The translations under genes and the position numbers were made by a program. Shown here one piece after another: positions 40,711 through 50,037 of a stretch of 64,000 nt of DNA; position 1 is the first letter of the stretch, and the number at the start of each line of letters is the position of its first letter. This DNA comes from Candidatus Omnitrophota bacterium (GTDB lineage: Bacteria > Omnitrophota > Gorgyraeia > Zapsychrales > JAKLDJ01). The DNA is taken from the NCBI GenBank assembly GCA_022703585.1, contig JAKLDJ010000001.1, positions 548,006-612,005 of the forward strand, written 5' to 3'. The notes below the pieces were generated by a model. The model saw only the letters and a list, made by a program, of their open reading frames with translations. It ran no database searches and was not told the DNA's origin.

Positions 40711-41517
40711 ATGCCCGAATTGCCTGAAGTTGAAACCATCAAGCGCGGCCTCGCCAAAAAGATCATTGGTCAGACTATAACCGGAGTGCATATTAAAGAC
40801 CGGATGGTTATCGGTAGCGGCAACCTTAAGAAGTTTATCTCTGGGGTAGGGTCGAGAGAAATTATCCGCGTTGAAAGGCGGGGTAAGGCTGTTATCATTA
40901 TTTTAAGCGGTAACGGGTTTCTGGTTATTCAGCTGGCCATGACCGGACAACTGATCACCGGAAAGGAGTTAGCGGAAAGCAAAGTCAGCCTTAAACTTTC
41001 CGGCGGTAAATATTTGAATTATAATGACCGAAGACGTTTGGGGCGCTTGAGTTTTGTTGAAGACTTAAAAGGCATGAAGTTTTTACGCACTTTGGGCCCG
41101 GAACCTTTAAGCAACGACTTTAACCGCAGCTGGCTGGGAGAGCGGTTAAAATCAAAGAAGGCGCCTATAAAATCGATTCTGATGAATCAGCAATTTGTTG
41201 CCGGCATCGGAAATATTTACGCCTCCGAAATATTATTCCGATCAAAAATCAACCCGCTCAAGGCGGGCTGCACGCTGTCTGATAATGAAATCGGGCGCCT
41301 GTGCCGGATGACGGCGGATGTTCTAAGGGAGGCGATTCGCCTGCGGGGCAGTTCGGTTGACACCTATCGTGATACCGACGGGAAAAAGGGCGGGTTTGTC
41401 AACCGTATCAAGGTTTACGGGCGGGACAAGAAGAAATGTGTTTTGTGCGGTACGCCTATTGAAAGGGTTGTTTTAAGCGGACGCAGCACATTTTTTTGTA
41501 AGAGGTGCCAACACTGA
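40711..41517 (+). CDS. mutM: Formamidopyrimidine-DNA glycosylase
   Basis: MPELPEVETIKRGL N-terminus (Pro2 nucleophile), H2TH region and C-terminal zinc finger CVLCGTPIERVVLSGRSTFFCKRCQ. Confidence 0.9.
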   Translation: MPELPEVETIKRGLAKKIIGQTITGVHIKDRMVIGSGNLKKFISGVGSREIIRVERRGKAVIIILSGNGFLVIQLAMTGQLITGKELAESKVSLKLSGGKYLNYNDRRRLGRLSFVEDLKGMKFLRTLGPEPLSNDFNRSWLGERLKSKKAPIKSILMNQQFVAGIGNIYASEILFRSKINPLKAGCTLSDNEIGRLCRMTADVLREAIRLRGSSVDTYRDTDGKKGGFVNRIKVYGRDKKKCVLCGTPIERVVLSGRSTFFCKRCQH

Positions 41518-42191
41518 TGAAGACGCGGGTGAGGACGGATATTATCCTTTTGGTTTCGGTGACGATCGCAGTCAGCGTGCTGTTCTTGTCCTTGCGGCTT
41601 TATCCGGAGAGCATATTTACGGACGACATCATGAATTTCCTGGGGTTTCTTCTCATGCTTAAAGGGATCTATTTACGCATGGCGGCCAGGGGATTTAAAA
41701 AAGAACATTCAAAAAGCGGCCATGGCCTGGTGACCGGAGGGGCTTACGCGCTGGTGCGTAACCCGATGTATCTGGGGACGTTTCTTATTGGGTCGGGATT
41801 TGTCCTTTTGGCCTGGCCCTGGTGGAGTATCGTTATTTTTGGGATCATTTTCTATGTCCGTTTCAATCGGCAAATTAATAAAGAAGAAATTTATCTTAAA
41901 GAGCTTTTTGGCCTGGACTATGAAGCGTATACAAAACAGGTGCCGCGGCTTTTCCCTCGGGTTAAAGATCTTTTACGCCTGCGGCTTAAGGAGGCCTTTC
42001 CTTTAAAGCAGGCGTGGGGGACAAAAGAAAAGTGGGGGCTTTTGGGCTGGCCGTTTTTAGGCTGCCTCCTTGACGGAGTTAAAGAAATTATCGTGTTTGG
42101 CCTTGTAGACTGGATCAAAGTTTTTTCTATCGCCTTGGGGGCGGCAGCAGTTTTCTTTATAACCTTGTGGGCGGAGTACAAGCGTGCCTAA
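41505..42191 (+). CDS. Isoprenylcysteine carboxyl methyltransferase (ICMT/PEMT) family membrane protein
   Basis: GGAYALVRNPMYLG...EE..L...FG..Y..Y...VPRLFPR C-terminal signature and multiple TM helices. It overlaps mutM by 13 nt and pyrK by 8 nt. Confidence 0.7.
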   Translation: MPTLMKTRVRTDIILLVSVTIAVSVLFLSLRLYPESIFTDDIMNFLGFLLMLKGIYLRMAARGFKKEHSKSGHGLVTGGAYALVRNPMYLGTFLIGSGFVLLAWPWWSIVIFGIIFYVRFNRQINKEEIYLKELFGLDYEAYTKQVPRLFPRVKDLLRLRLKEAFPLKQAWGTKEKWGLLGWPFLGCLLDGVKEIIVFGLVDWIKVFSIALGAAAVFFITLWAEYKRA

Positions 42192-42954
42192 AATTCAGAA
42201 TAAATTCAGAATCATTTCAAATAAAAAAGTTTGCCAAAGATTTCATCGGCTTTGCCTGGACGCAAAGGCTATCGCGAAGAATGTAAGGCCGGGCCAATTT
42301 ATCCATATCCGGGTTTCCGATGGGATAACGCCATTATTCCGTCGACCGTTTAGCGTGTTTCGTGCCCGAAAAGGCATTGAGATTCTTTATGAAACTGTCG
42401 GCAGAGGAACGGAAATATTGGCATCGCGAAAGTCCGGCGAATACCTCGATGTTTTAGGCCCATTGGGAAATTCTTTTAGCATGCCGCCCAAAGGCACACG
42501 TCGGGTGGTCATGATCGGGGGCGGTGTAGGGGTAGCGCCGATGCTTGCCTTATCTGACGCCTTGGCGAAAAAAGGCTACGAGCTTGTTCTTCTTTATGGC
42601 GCCAGGACCAAGGGACATATCTTTAAAATGGATGAATTTAAGAAAAATGGCTGTAAAGTTTTTATCGCGACCAATGACGGGAGCGTGGGCGTTAAAGGAT
42701 ATGTTTCAAAACTTTTTTCAAAGATTGAAACAAATCCGCAATCAACCGTTGTTTACACCTGCGGCCCGCACCCGATGCTGGCGGCGGTCAAACAATTTGT
42801 TTTAGAGAATAATTTGCGCTGCGAGGTTTCCTGCGAAGAGGTGATGGCTTGCGGGCTGGGGGCGTGCCTGGGCTGCTCGATTAAAACAACGGACGGCTAC
42901 AGAACAACCTGCCACGACGGGCCGGTGTTTGATATCAATAAGATTATTTTTTAA
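42184..42954 (+). CDS. pyrK: Dihydroorotate dehydrogenase electron-transfer subunit (FAD/NAD, 2Fe-2S)
   Basis: FNR-like fold (RPFSV, MIGGGVGVAPM) and the C-terminal cluster motif CEEVMACGLGACLGCS. Confidence 0.85.
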   Translation: MPKIQNKFRIISNKKVCQRFHRLCLDAKAIAKNVRPGQFIHIRVSDGITPLFRRPFSVFRARKGIEILYETVGRGTEILASRKSGEYLDVLGPLGNSFSMPPKGTRRVVMIGGGVGVAPMLALSDALAKKGYELVLLYGARTKGHIFKMDEFKKNGCKVFIATNDGSVGVKGYVSKLFSKIETNPQSTVVYTCGPHPMLAAVKQFVLENNLRCEVSCEEVMACGLGACLGCSIKTTDGYRTTCHDGPVFDINKIIF

Positions 42955-42963
42955 AAAGGGAGA

Positions 42964-43326
42964 TTGATGGGGCCGATACTTTGGATTTTGATTGGGCTGG
43001 CCGGAGGGGTTGTCAGCGGGGCTTTTGGCGTGGGGGGCGGGATCGTGATGATTCCGATGTTGGTTTATTTCCTGCATTTCACGCAACATATGGCTCAGGG
43101 GACATGCCTTGCGATTATCCTCCTTCCCGTCGGTATCTTTGCTGTCTTACAATATTATTATAAAGGCAATGTCCATATTCCGGTGGCCGCCTTTGCCGTT
43201 ATAGGTTTTGTTTTCGGCGCATTTTTGGGCGCCTATCTTATCCATAGCGTGCCGGATGAGAATTTAAAGCGGGCATTCGGCATATTGCTTATTATTGTTG
43301 GTATTAAAATGGCGTTTTTTAAATAG
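42964..43326 (+). CDS. Half-size TauE/SafE (DUF81) family membrane protein
   Basis: GGVVSGAFGVGGGIVMIPMLVYFL matches the TauE glycine-rich helix; 120 aa with four TM helices. Confidence 0.6.
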   Translation: MMGPILWILIGLAGGVVSGAFGVGGGIVMIPMLVYFLHFTQHMAQGTCLAIILLPVGIFAVLQYYYKGNVHIPVAAFAVIGFVFGAFLGAYLIHSVPDENLKRAFGILLIIVGIKMAFFK

Positions 43327-43494
43327 CCGTCAGCTTTCAGCTATCAGCAAAAGCTGAAAGCTGCCCTTGACTTCTGCTCAACTTAAAGGATTATGCCGGG
43401 GTAAGTCAAGGGGGCTGCACCTGCCTCCCCTAGGACAAAAGCGCTTTAAGGAAAGCAGGGCTGCTGCGAGCTGAAGGCTGACAGCTGAAAGCTA
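43324..43494. repeat. Second ~170-bp MITE/REP-like palindromic element, exactly between the tauE-like stop and the pyrD start
   Basis: Arms TAGCCGTCAGCTTTCAGC ... GCTGACAGCTGAAAGCTAACGATG. Core: CCCTTGACT...AGTCAAGGG hairpin, then GCTGCACCTGCCTCCCCTAGGACAAAAGCGCTTTAAGGAAAGCAGGGCTG. Confidence 0.6.
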
Positions 43495-43497
43495 ACG

Positions 43498-44418
43498 ATG
43501 AATCTCTCTATCCAAATCGGAAATCTAAAACTCAAAAACCCGGTCACCGTGGCCTCGGGGACATTCGGCCACGCCGAAGAGTATTATGACTCGGAAGAGG
43601 TCAAGAAACTGGGGGCGATTGTCCCCAAGACTGTGACACTGCATGCTCGCGAAGGCAATCCTCCTCCCAGGATTATCGAGACGGCATCAGGCATGATTAA
43701 TGCGATCGGAATCGAGAATCCCGGCGCCGATGTTTTTATAAAAGAAAAGCTCCCCTTTTTAAGAAAAATCGGCGTGCCGGTTATCGTGAGCATCCTGGGG
43801 CATACCGACGAAGAATTCACGGCGCTTATCAGGAAATTTAATGCTACTCACGGCGTCAGCGCTCTGGAATTGAATCTCTCATGCCCTAATTTGAAAAATA
43901 AGACGCTGGTGGCGCAAGACCCGGAGGCAACTTTTCGAATTATGAAGATGGCCAAAACGGTTTCCAATGTGCCCGTTATCGCCAAATTATCGCCCAATGT
44001 TACCGATATCACATCCATTGCCCTGGCCGCCGAAAGCGCGGGGGCGGATGCGGTCAGCCTGGTGAACACTTTTGTGGCTATGGCTATCGACATTAAAACG
44101 CGTACTTCGATTCTCGGGAATATCACCGGAGGCTTAAGCGGGCCGGCGATCAAGCCCATTGCTCTTAGCATGGTCTATCAAACAGCAAAGAAAATTAGGA
44201 TCCCTATTATTGCCATGGGCGGAATCGCGACCACAAAAGATGCGCTGGAGTTTTTAATCGCGGGGGCAAGTGTTGTGGCGGTGGGGACGTTTAATTTTGT
44301 CAATCCCCGTGCGCCGCTGGAAATCCTTAACGGCATCAAGGAATACATGCGCGAGCATAAGGTTAAAAACATCAAAGAAATTATAGGGAGCATAGGGCAC
44401 AAACATGAAACACGATAA
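43498..44418 (+). CDS. pyrD: Dihydroorotate dehydrogenase catalytic subunit (class 1B)
   Basis: LKNPVTVASGTFG, LNLSCPN and the FMN-binding TIM-barrel pattern. Confidence 0.9.
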   Translation: MNLSIQIGNLKLKNPVTVASGTFGHAEEYYDSEEVKKLGAIVPKTVTLHAREGNPPPRIIETASGMINAIGIENPGADVFIKEKLPFLRKIGVPVIVSILGHTDEEFTALIRKFNATHGVSALELNLSCPNLKNKTLVAQDPEATFRIMKMAKTVSNVPVIAKLSPNVTDITSIALAAESAGADAVSLVNTFVAMAIDIKTRTSILGNITGGLSGPAIKPIALSMVYQTAKKIRIPIIAMGGIATTKDALEFLIAGASVVAVGTFNFVNPRAPLEILNGIKEYMREHKVKNIKEIIGSIGHKHETR

Positions 44419-45151
44419 GGCAAAACTCATTGTCGCTCTAGATATTGACAGTTTTGAAAAGGCCCGGGAGTTGATTGATATTTTATCTCCAGTGGTGGAT
44501 ATTTTTAAAGTAGGCAGTCAGCTTTTTACGGCCTGCGGACCAGTTCCGGTTCGCTTTATCTTAGCCAAAGGTAAAAAGGTTTTTTTAGATCTGAAGTATC
44601 ATGATATTCCGAATACGGTAGCCTCTTCCACTAGCAGCACAGTCGCCTTATTTGTCATTCCGGCTGTTCAGCAAATAGCAAATAATCAAGGAGAAAATCC
44701 GGGTGTGTTTATGCTAACCGTACATACGTCAGGCGGTCGGCAGATGCTTGAGGCCGCTGTGCGGGCAAGCCAGGAAAAGGCCAAAGAGTTAAAAGTCAGG
44801 AGACCGTTAATTATTGGTGTAACGGTTCTGACAAGTGAAGAAAAGAAAGAGAATATCCAACAGCTTGTTCTCGAAAGGGCCCTGTTGGCTAAAGAGGCCG
44901 GCTGCGACGGCGTGGTTGCCTCGGTTGAAGAAGCCAGTCTGATCCGGCAGAAATTTGGGAAAGATTTTGTTATTGTCACGCCCGGGATAAGGCCTAAGGG
45001 AACGGACGTTAATGACCAAAAAAGGATCGCCACCCCGTCTGAGGCCGTGGCACGGGGAAGCAATTTTTTAGTTGTGGGGCGCCCGATCGTCGAAGCAGAG
45101 AACCCCCTGGAAGCCGCCAAGAAGATATTAGCAGAGATGAATGCGGCTTGA
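44405..45151 (+). CDS. pyrF: Orotidine 5'-phosphate decarboxylase
   Basis: KLIVALDIDS...DIFKVGSQLF...DLKYHDIPNTV motifs. Confidence 0.9.
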   Translation: MKHDKAKLIVALDIDSFEKARELIDILSPVVDIFKVGSQLFTACGPVPVRFILAKGKKVFLDLKYHDIPNTVASSTSSTVALFVIPAVQQIANNQGENPGVFMLTVHTSGGRQMLEAAVRASQEKAKELKVRRPLIIGVTVLTSEEKKENIQQLVLERALLAKEAGCDGVVASVEEASLIRQKFGKDFVIVTPGIRPKGTDVNDQKRIATPSEAVARGSNFLVVGRPIVEAENPLEAAKKILAEMNAA

Positions 45152-45176
45152 GGCGGGTGAGGTCGCTGATAAACGT

Positions 45177-45205
45177 TTGACATTGTTTTTGTTTTATAGT
45201 AATAT
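45177..45205 (+). promoter_or_regulatory. Sigma70 promoter (TTGACA, 17-bp spacer, TAATAT) heading the tRNA-Val/tRNA-Asp locus
   Basis: TTGACA at 45177-45182 and TAATAT at 45200-45205. Confidence 0.45.
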
Positions 45206-45266
45206 ACCGCACGCTTTTGGGTGGGATGATTTTCGAAATAGATTATAAGGTAAGAAAAGAATCCTA

Positions 45267-45535
45267 TGGGCGATTAGCCCGTCATCCGTCTGTGGCGGAT
45301 GACGAGGTCTCGTCAATCCCGACTTAAGTCGGGATTGACGGACTCAGTTCAAAGTTTAAAATTATGGGCGATTAGCTCAGCACTTGCTTTCCTTGAATGA
45401 TTTTGTTCTAGAAGAAGCAAGTGCAGCCCTTGACTCTTCTAGGATATAAGTCCTTTGAGTTTATAGGAAGTCAAGGGCAGCTGGTTAGAGCGCCTGGCTT
45501 GGTGATCAGGCGCTGAATGCGCAGAACGATTAGTA
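45267..45535 (+). pseudogene. Two partial copies of the tRNA-Val 5' end (GGGCGATTAGC...), the second split in the D-loop by a ~100-bp repeat-family hairpin insert
   Basis: 45269-45279 is GGGCGATTAGC followed by unrelated hairpins (CGTCATCCG/CGGATGACG; CGTCAATCCCGAC/GTCGGGATTGACG). 45367-45381 is GGGCGATTAGCTCAG, then a 95-nt insert (CACTTGCTT/AAGCAAGTG and CCCTTGACT...AGTCAAGGG hairpins), then CTGGTTAGAGCGCCTG, which does not complete a tRNA. Confidence 0.5.
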
Positions 45536-45609
45536 GGGCGATTAGCTCAGCTGGTTAGAGCACCTGCTTTACACGCAGGGGGTCAGGGGTTCGAGTCCTC
45601 TATTGCCCA
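45536..45609 (+). tRNA. tRNA-Val, anticodon TAC; no encoded CCA
   Basis: Acceptor GGGCGAT/ATTGCCC, D-arm GCTCAGCTGGTTAGAGC, anticodon stem CCTGC/GCAGG with loop TTTACAC, T-arm AGGGGTTCGAGTCCTCT. Confidence 0.85.
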
Positions 45610-45630
45610 TTGATACAGAATCTTAAGTTT

Positions 45631-45709
45631 GGGCCCGTGGTGTAGCCTGGTTTAACATGCAAGATTGTCAATCTTGAGATCGCGAGTTCAAATCTCGTCG
45701 GGCCCGCCA
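45631..45709 (+). tRNA. tRNA-Asp, anticodon GTC; CCA encoded
   Basis: Acceptor GGGCCCG/CGGGCCC, anticodon stem CAAGA/TCTTG with loop TTGTCAA, T-loop TTCAAAT, then G-CCA. Confidence 0.85.
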
Positions 45710-45721
45710 TAAATGTTGGAA

Positions 45722-45756
45722 TAAAAAATCCGCTTAATTTAAGGCGGATTTTTTAT
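45722..45756. terminator. Bidirectional rho-independent terminator between the tRNA locus and the convergent membrane-protein genes
   Basis: AAAAAATCCGCTTAATTTAAGGCGGATTTTTT. Confidence 0.55.
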
Positions 45757-45785
45757 TAATGTCGAAATTTCTCTTCCAGCGTATC

Positions 45786-47384
45786 CTAGTTTCTTCTCCG
45801 AAGTATTTTTGTGTTGTGATTGAGAATCCAGCCGCCGGGGGAGATCCATTCACCAAAGGAGGCTTCTACGCGAAAGTGATCTCGCAGATAGGGCGCCAGG
45901 ATTTTCCCGTATGTCACCCCGAATGTCCTCTCCATTTTGTACTCCTGGGTATCGGCGCGGTTGGATAAAAGGAAAAAATCAATTTTCTTTTTCTCCATGA
46001 CCGAAATGATTTCTTTCTCTTGCTCTTCCCCTGTGGACATAAATACAAGGTCTCGTGTAGGGCTGTCCTTGCCGGTTAGAAAATAATAAAGGGTTTCATT
46101 AGGAAAAGCGAAGAACATCTCGTCTTTCTTAAGGTTTGTTTTCAGGTAATGGGTTGTTTCCTGAACGACTCGTATCCATTCGGGGGTGTTATTAACATAA
46201 ATCTTTGTCTTTCCGGAGGAGAATAAATGCTCCGGCGTCTTGGTTGCTTTAGCCATCCGGTATATTCCAAGAACTTGCAGGGTACAGATTAATATTAAAG
46301 TTCCGAAAAGAAGGGATTTTAACAAGAGCCTTGAATGAATAATGACCGTTCCTAAGAGTATAAACACGAATAAGAATTTAAAGGGCTCCATCCATTCGGA
46401 GCGGTAAATGGTCGGGCCCCCGATAAAAAATTCGTGAAGCTGCAGGACGTAAAAAATAGCCGTAGCTGCCAGGATGCACAATAAGTTTTTCTTAAATTCC
46501 GGATTGATTTTATTCTGAGAGTACAGGCGAGCCGATTGCAAGGCACACAACATGAGGATCATATTAAAGAAGAAGTCGGACCAGGAGGTGACGAAGTTCA
46601 GGATAAAAAGGCGAAACCACATTTCGCAAGAGCTTAAGATGGAAGTAAGCCGTTGTCCGATGTGCCCATAGCCTGTGTAGGGAAGGCATTGCTGGACGTA
46701 AGATGCGGGTAAGTTCCTTGTCAGGGCCCAGTAGATCATTGCCGTGAGGCTAATCGTTACGATCGCCCCCAGGATAAAAAGAATACGATTATTTCTTCTT
46801 AAGGGGTTTCCTTTGATGGAATCTGTTAATAAAAGAGATGCAACCAGGGCTACCAAGCAGGATATGCCGAAATTTAATTTTACCAGGGCAAAAAGGAAGG
46901 TAGCCAGGAATCCCAACCAGATATACTTACGCTGGAGTGTTTTTATATACAAAAAAAGAAAGTATATTACTACGAAGGACAAGGTGATCCCGCCAATATG
47001 ATTATAGGTAAAAAAGAAATCCGGCTTGTGGGTCCAAAACCACAGGGCTGCCGTAAACCCAAGAGCAGGAGGGAATAGTGCGCAAATCGCGAAATAGAAG
47101 AAAATCCCTGCCATAAAATTTAATACAACCTTGCCCAGCAGAACGCTCTGGATGCTCACTCCGAAAAGTTTCAGAAAAAGCGCGTAATAATAAGGCATCA
47201 GCGGCCCGTAAGGCCAGTAGTAGTCTTGATAAGGCAGGGCTCCGTCCATGGTCTTTTTGTAACAATACAGGTTATGGCCGTGGTCTCCCTGGGAGAGGAC
47301 ATTTTGAAAATTATGGTAAGGGGCGAGGATAATGATTCCTGCCAGGAATGCCAGAACGAAGAAAAACACAGCGGTCTTTTTCAT
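45786..47384 (-). CDS. Large polytopic membrane protein with a C-terminal soluble domain (paralogue B); possible GT-C-type transferase
   Basis: 532 aa with ~12 TM helices. Blocks shared with the upstream paralogue: PYHNFQNVLSQGDHG and LPYQDYYWPYGPLMPYYYALFLKLFGVSIQSVLLG. Confidence 0.5.
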   Translation of the reverse strand: MKKTAVFFFVLAFLAGIIILAPYHNFQNVLSQGDHGHNLYCYKKTMDGALPYQDYYWPYGPLMPYYYALFLKLFGVSIQSVLLGKVVLNFMAGIFFYFAICALFPPALGFTAALWFWTHKPDFFFTYNHIGGITLSFVVIYFLFLYIKTLQRKYIWLGFLATFLFALVKLNFGISCLVALVASLLLTDSIKGNPLRRNNRILFILGAIVTISLTAMIYWALTRNLPASYVQQCLPYTGYGHIGQRLTSILSSCEMWFRLFILNFVTSWSDFFFNMILMLCALQSARLYSQNKINPEFKKNLLCILAATAIFYVLQLHEFFIGGPTIYRSEWMEPFKFLFVFILLGTVIIHSRLLLKSLLFGTLILICTLQVLGIYRMAKATKTPEHLFSSGKTKIYVNNTPEWIRVVQETTHYLKTNLKKDEMFFAFPNETLYYFLTGKDSPTRDLVFMSTGEEQEKEIISVMEKKKIDFFLLSNRADTQEYKMERTFGVTYGKILAPYLRDHFRVEASFGEWISPGGWILNHNTKILRRRN

Positions 47385-49042
47385 GGGCTCGGCCCTGCAC
47401 TCTTAATGTTTTTTCTTTTGAGAATTTTTGTCCCGTGATTCCAGGCCCAACCGCCCTCGTGCGGCCAATTGCCAAAAGTAGCCGTGATGTTGAAATTCTC
47501 GTATATGTACCGAGCCAAAAGAGGGCAATGGGTAGTTCCGAATGTGCCGACTCCCGCTTCTTTGGTATCGCAGCGGTTTGATAAAAGTACGTAGTTTACT
47601 TTCTTCTCTTCCAACTGACGGATAATTTCTCTTTCTTGTCGAGGGCTGATATTATGGAATTTAAAGAATTCCAGTTGCCAGGTCGGGCTATCCCGGCCCG
47701 TGAGATAATAATATATCGAGTCATGAGGGATGGCGAAGAAAAGTTCTTTATCTTTGAGATGACTTTCTAAATATTCCGTGGTTTTTTTGACCGTGTCCAG
47801 CCATTGAACGGAGTTGGCGACATAGATTTTTGCTTTCTCCTGCGGCATATACTGATAGGGATTCTTTACCATTTGGATAGACTGATGCTGGCCCATGATT
47901 TGCTGGACGGCGGTCAGCAGGATGAGAGCGTACAAACTTATTCTTATAAAAACAGGGAGTTTTTTAATTCCAAACCAAAGGAAGATAAACATCAACATGA
48001 ATTTCAACGGCACTATCCAGAACATTGTAAATAAAGCACCGGTAATGAAGAATTCGTGAAGGCCTAGCACGCAGAAAACAAGAAGGATAATAAGGATGAG
48101 CCGCAATTGGTCCGACACCGTTTTATCTAGTCGCTTCCCCGACAGCAGCAGGAAGGTTTGTATCGTCGAGAATATAATAAGCAAACCAAAAAATAAATTG
48201 GTCCACCCGTTGAATAAAGCGGAAGTATTGAATCGCCAGAATATTTGAAAGAGATTTCCCGGGATAGCGTGATAAGGGCGGTCAGAGCTTAGGTAGGGAA
48301 AACATACGCGGATATGATCCAGGGGCAATCCTCGTAAGAAAAACCAATAAATGCTGCCGATGATGGAAATCCCCAGGAGCGCGAGGAAGAAATACCGGTA
48401 TCTTTTGGCCCTTCTGTCGGAGGTTTTATTGAAGAAATCTATAAAAAGAAGAGATGCAAAGAAAGCTGCCAGGGTAAACAGTCCGCTATTTAATTTGATC
48501 AAACTGAACACCAAGACAAAAAACAAGCCGAAGTATATGTAGCTTTTTTTAGGGGCCCGTATGTACAAAAAAATACAATACAAAGTTGCCAGTAGCGCGG
48601 TTATTCCGCCGGCATGGTTATAAGTATAGAAAAAGTCCGTATTGTATGTCCAGAACCAGACGGTTGCCAAAAACGCCATGGCAGGAGAAATAACGGAGGA
48701 CATGGCGAGATAAAAAAATGATCCCGAAAAAAGATTGACCACTATTTGACCGATGAGGACGCTATGGATGCTGATACCGAATAATTTTAAAAACAGACCG
48801 TAGTAATAAATCATGAGCGGTCCGTAGAGCCAGGGGTAGTCTCTGTATGGCATTTCCCCTTGGAGGACTCTCGAGAAGCAGCATAATTGAAAACCGTGGT
48901 CTCCCTGGGAGAGGAGGTTCTGGAAATTATGATACGGGCACAAGATCCATACGCCGGCAAGAATCGTGAGAAAAAGAAAGAATGTCTTTTGATGACGGGT
49001 AAATTGTCCGAGGAGGGTTTTTATTTTTTCTAACAGCGGCAT
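47381..49042 (-). CDS. Large polytopic membrane protein (paralogue A), tandem with 45786-47384 and translationally coupled to it (ATGA overlap)
   Basis: 553 aa; PYHNFQNLLSQGDHG and MPYRDYPWLYGPLMIYYYGLFLKLFGISIHSVLIG. Confidence 0.5.
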   Translation of the reverse strand: MPLLEKIKTLLGQFTRHQKTFFLFLTILAGVWILCPYHNFQNLLSQGDHGFQLCCFSRVLQGEMPYRDYPWLYGPLMIYYYGLFLKLFGISIHSVLIGQIVVNLFSGSFFYLAMSSVISPAMAFLATVWFWTYNTDFFYTYNHAGGITALLATLYCIFLYIRAPKKSYIYFGLFFVLVFSLIKLNSGLFTLAAFFASLLFIDFFNKTSDRRAKRYRYFFLALLGISIIGSIYWFFLRGLPLDHIRVCFPYLSSDRPYHAIPGNLFQIFWRFNTSALFNGWTNLFFGLLIIFSTIQTFLLLSGKRLDKTVSDQLRLILIILLVFCVLGLHEFFITGALFTMFWIVPLKFMLMFIFLWFGIKKLPVFIRISLYALILLTAVQQIMGQHQSIQMVKNPYQYMPQEKAKIYVANSVQWLDTVKKTTEYLESHLKDKELFFAIPHDSIYYYLTGRDSPTWQLEFFKFHNISPRQEREIIRQLEEKKVNYVLLSNRCDTKEAGVGTFGTTHCPLLARYIYENFNITATFGNWPHEGGWAWNHGTKILKRKNIKSAGPSP

Positions 49043-49251
49043 GGTAATGAGTATATCACGGCACGGATTTAGGCCGCAATATGTTTATCGCAATTAAGCG
49101 AAAGCGCGGAGTTTTATCAGGGCGGGAGAGAATCTTTCTTGCGGTTTTAAAAAAACTTTCCACGGCTACGCGAAAGTGATAAAATGCCCGTACTGATTTT
49201 CTTGAGAGAATCAATTTATCCAATATATTATTAAGACAAGGAGTTCTTAAG

Positions 49252-49572
49252 ATGGCGACCATCGAAGAGTTTAAAAAGTTACAGCTGATTATTGCCCAGA
49301 TCAAAGAGGTCAAAGAGCACCCGAACGCCGATAAGCTTTATCTTATCAAGGTCGATACCGGTACCGAGGAGAAGCAGCTCGTGGCCGGCATCCGTAAATC
49401 GTACACCAAGGAAGAATTGATTGGCCGTAAAGTAGCTATTGTGAATAACTTAGAGCCGGCTGTTATTCGCGGCGAAACTTCCAACGGAATGATTTTGGCT
49501 GCTTCCGATGAAAATGGTATCGTGATTCTTGGTGTTGACCGGGATGTCAAACTCGGAAGTATCGTTAAGTAA
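49252..49572 (+). CDS. tRNA-binding domain protein (CsaA / Trbp111-like)
   Basis: LQLIIAQIKEVKEHPNADKLYLIKVDTGTEEKQLVAGIRKSY...GMILAASDE matches the OB-fold tRNA-binding domain of MetRS C-termini and CsaA. Confidence 0.75.
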   Translation: MATIEEFKKLQLIIAQIKEVKEHPNADKLYLIKVDTGTEEKQLVAGIRKSYTKEELIGRKVAIVNNLEPAVIRGETSNGMILAASDENGIVILGVDRDVKLGSIVK

Positions 49573-49576
49573 GCTT

Positions 49577-49600
49577 GGGGCGGCCCTTCGGGCCGCCCCC
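49577..49600 (+). terminator. GC-rich hairpin after the CsaA-like gene, without a T-tract; may be a partial terminator or processing site
   Basis: GGGGCGGCCC-TTCG-GGGCCGCCCC. Confidence 0.35.
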
Positions 49601-49617
49601 CAATAAAGATTCAGGTT

Positions 49618-50037
49618 ATGCGCGTTCTGACCGAATATATCCATCTTTCCACCGCCGGAGAAACAGATGTCATTGACATCACCGCGCAGGTCAATAAAAA
49701 GTTAAAATCATCCGGGATAAAAAAGGGAATCATTAATGTCAGTGTCTGCGGTTCGACGGGGGCTGTGACCACTTGCGAATTTGAGCCCGGGCTCATTCAG
49801 GATATCAAAGAAATATTTGAAAAGCTTATTCCTCAGGGAAAAAGGTACCATCACGATGATGCCTGGAATGACGGCAACGGCCATGCTCATCTGCGGGCGT
49901 CTCTTTTAGGTCCGTCTTTGACCATGCCGTTTATCGACGGAGAATTAATCCTTGGAACATGGCAACAAATTATATTCATTGATTTTGACAATCGGCCCCG
50001 CCAAAGAAAAATCGCCCTGCAGTTTTTGGGAGAATGA
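49618..50037 (+). CDS. YjbQ / UPF0047 family protein (secondary thiamine-phosphate-synthase-like), copy 1
   Basis: ~139 aa with the conserved YjbQ core (GIINVSVCGSTGAVTT...HHDDAWNDGNGHAHLRASLLGPSLT). Confidence 0.75.
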   Translation: MRVLTEYIHLSTAGETDVIDITAQVNKKLKSSGIKKGIINVSVCGSTGAVTTCEFEPGLIQDIKEIFEKLIPQGKRYHHDDAWNDGNGHAHLRASLLGPSLTMPFIDGELILGTWQQIIFIDFDNRPRQRKIALQFLGE

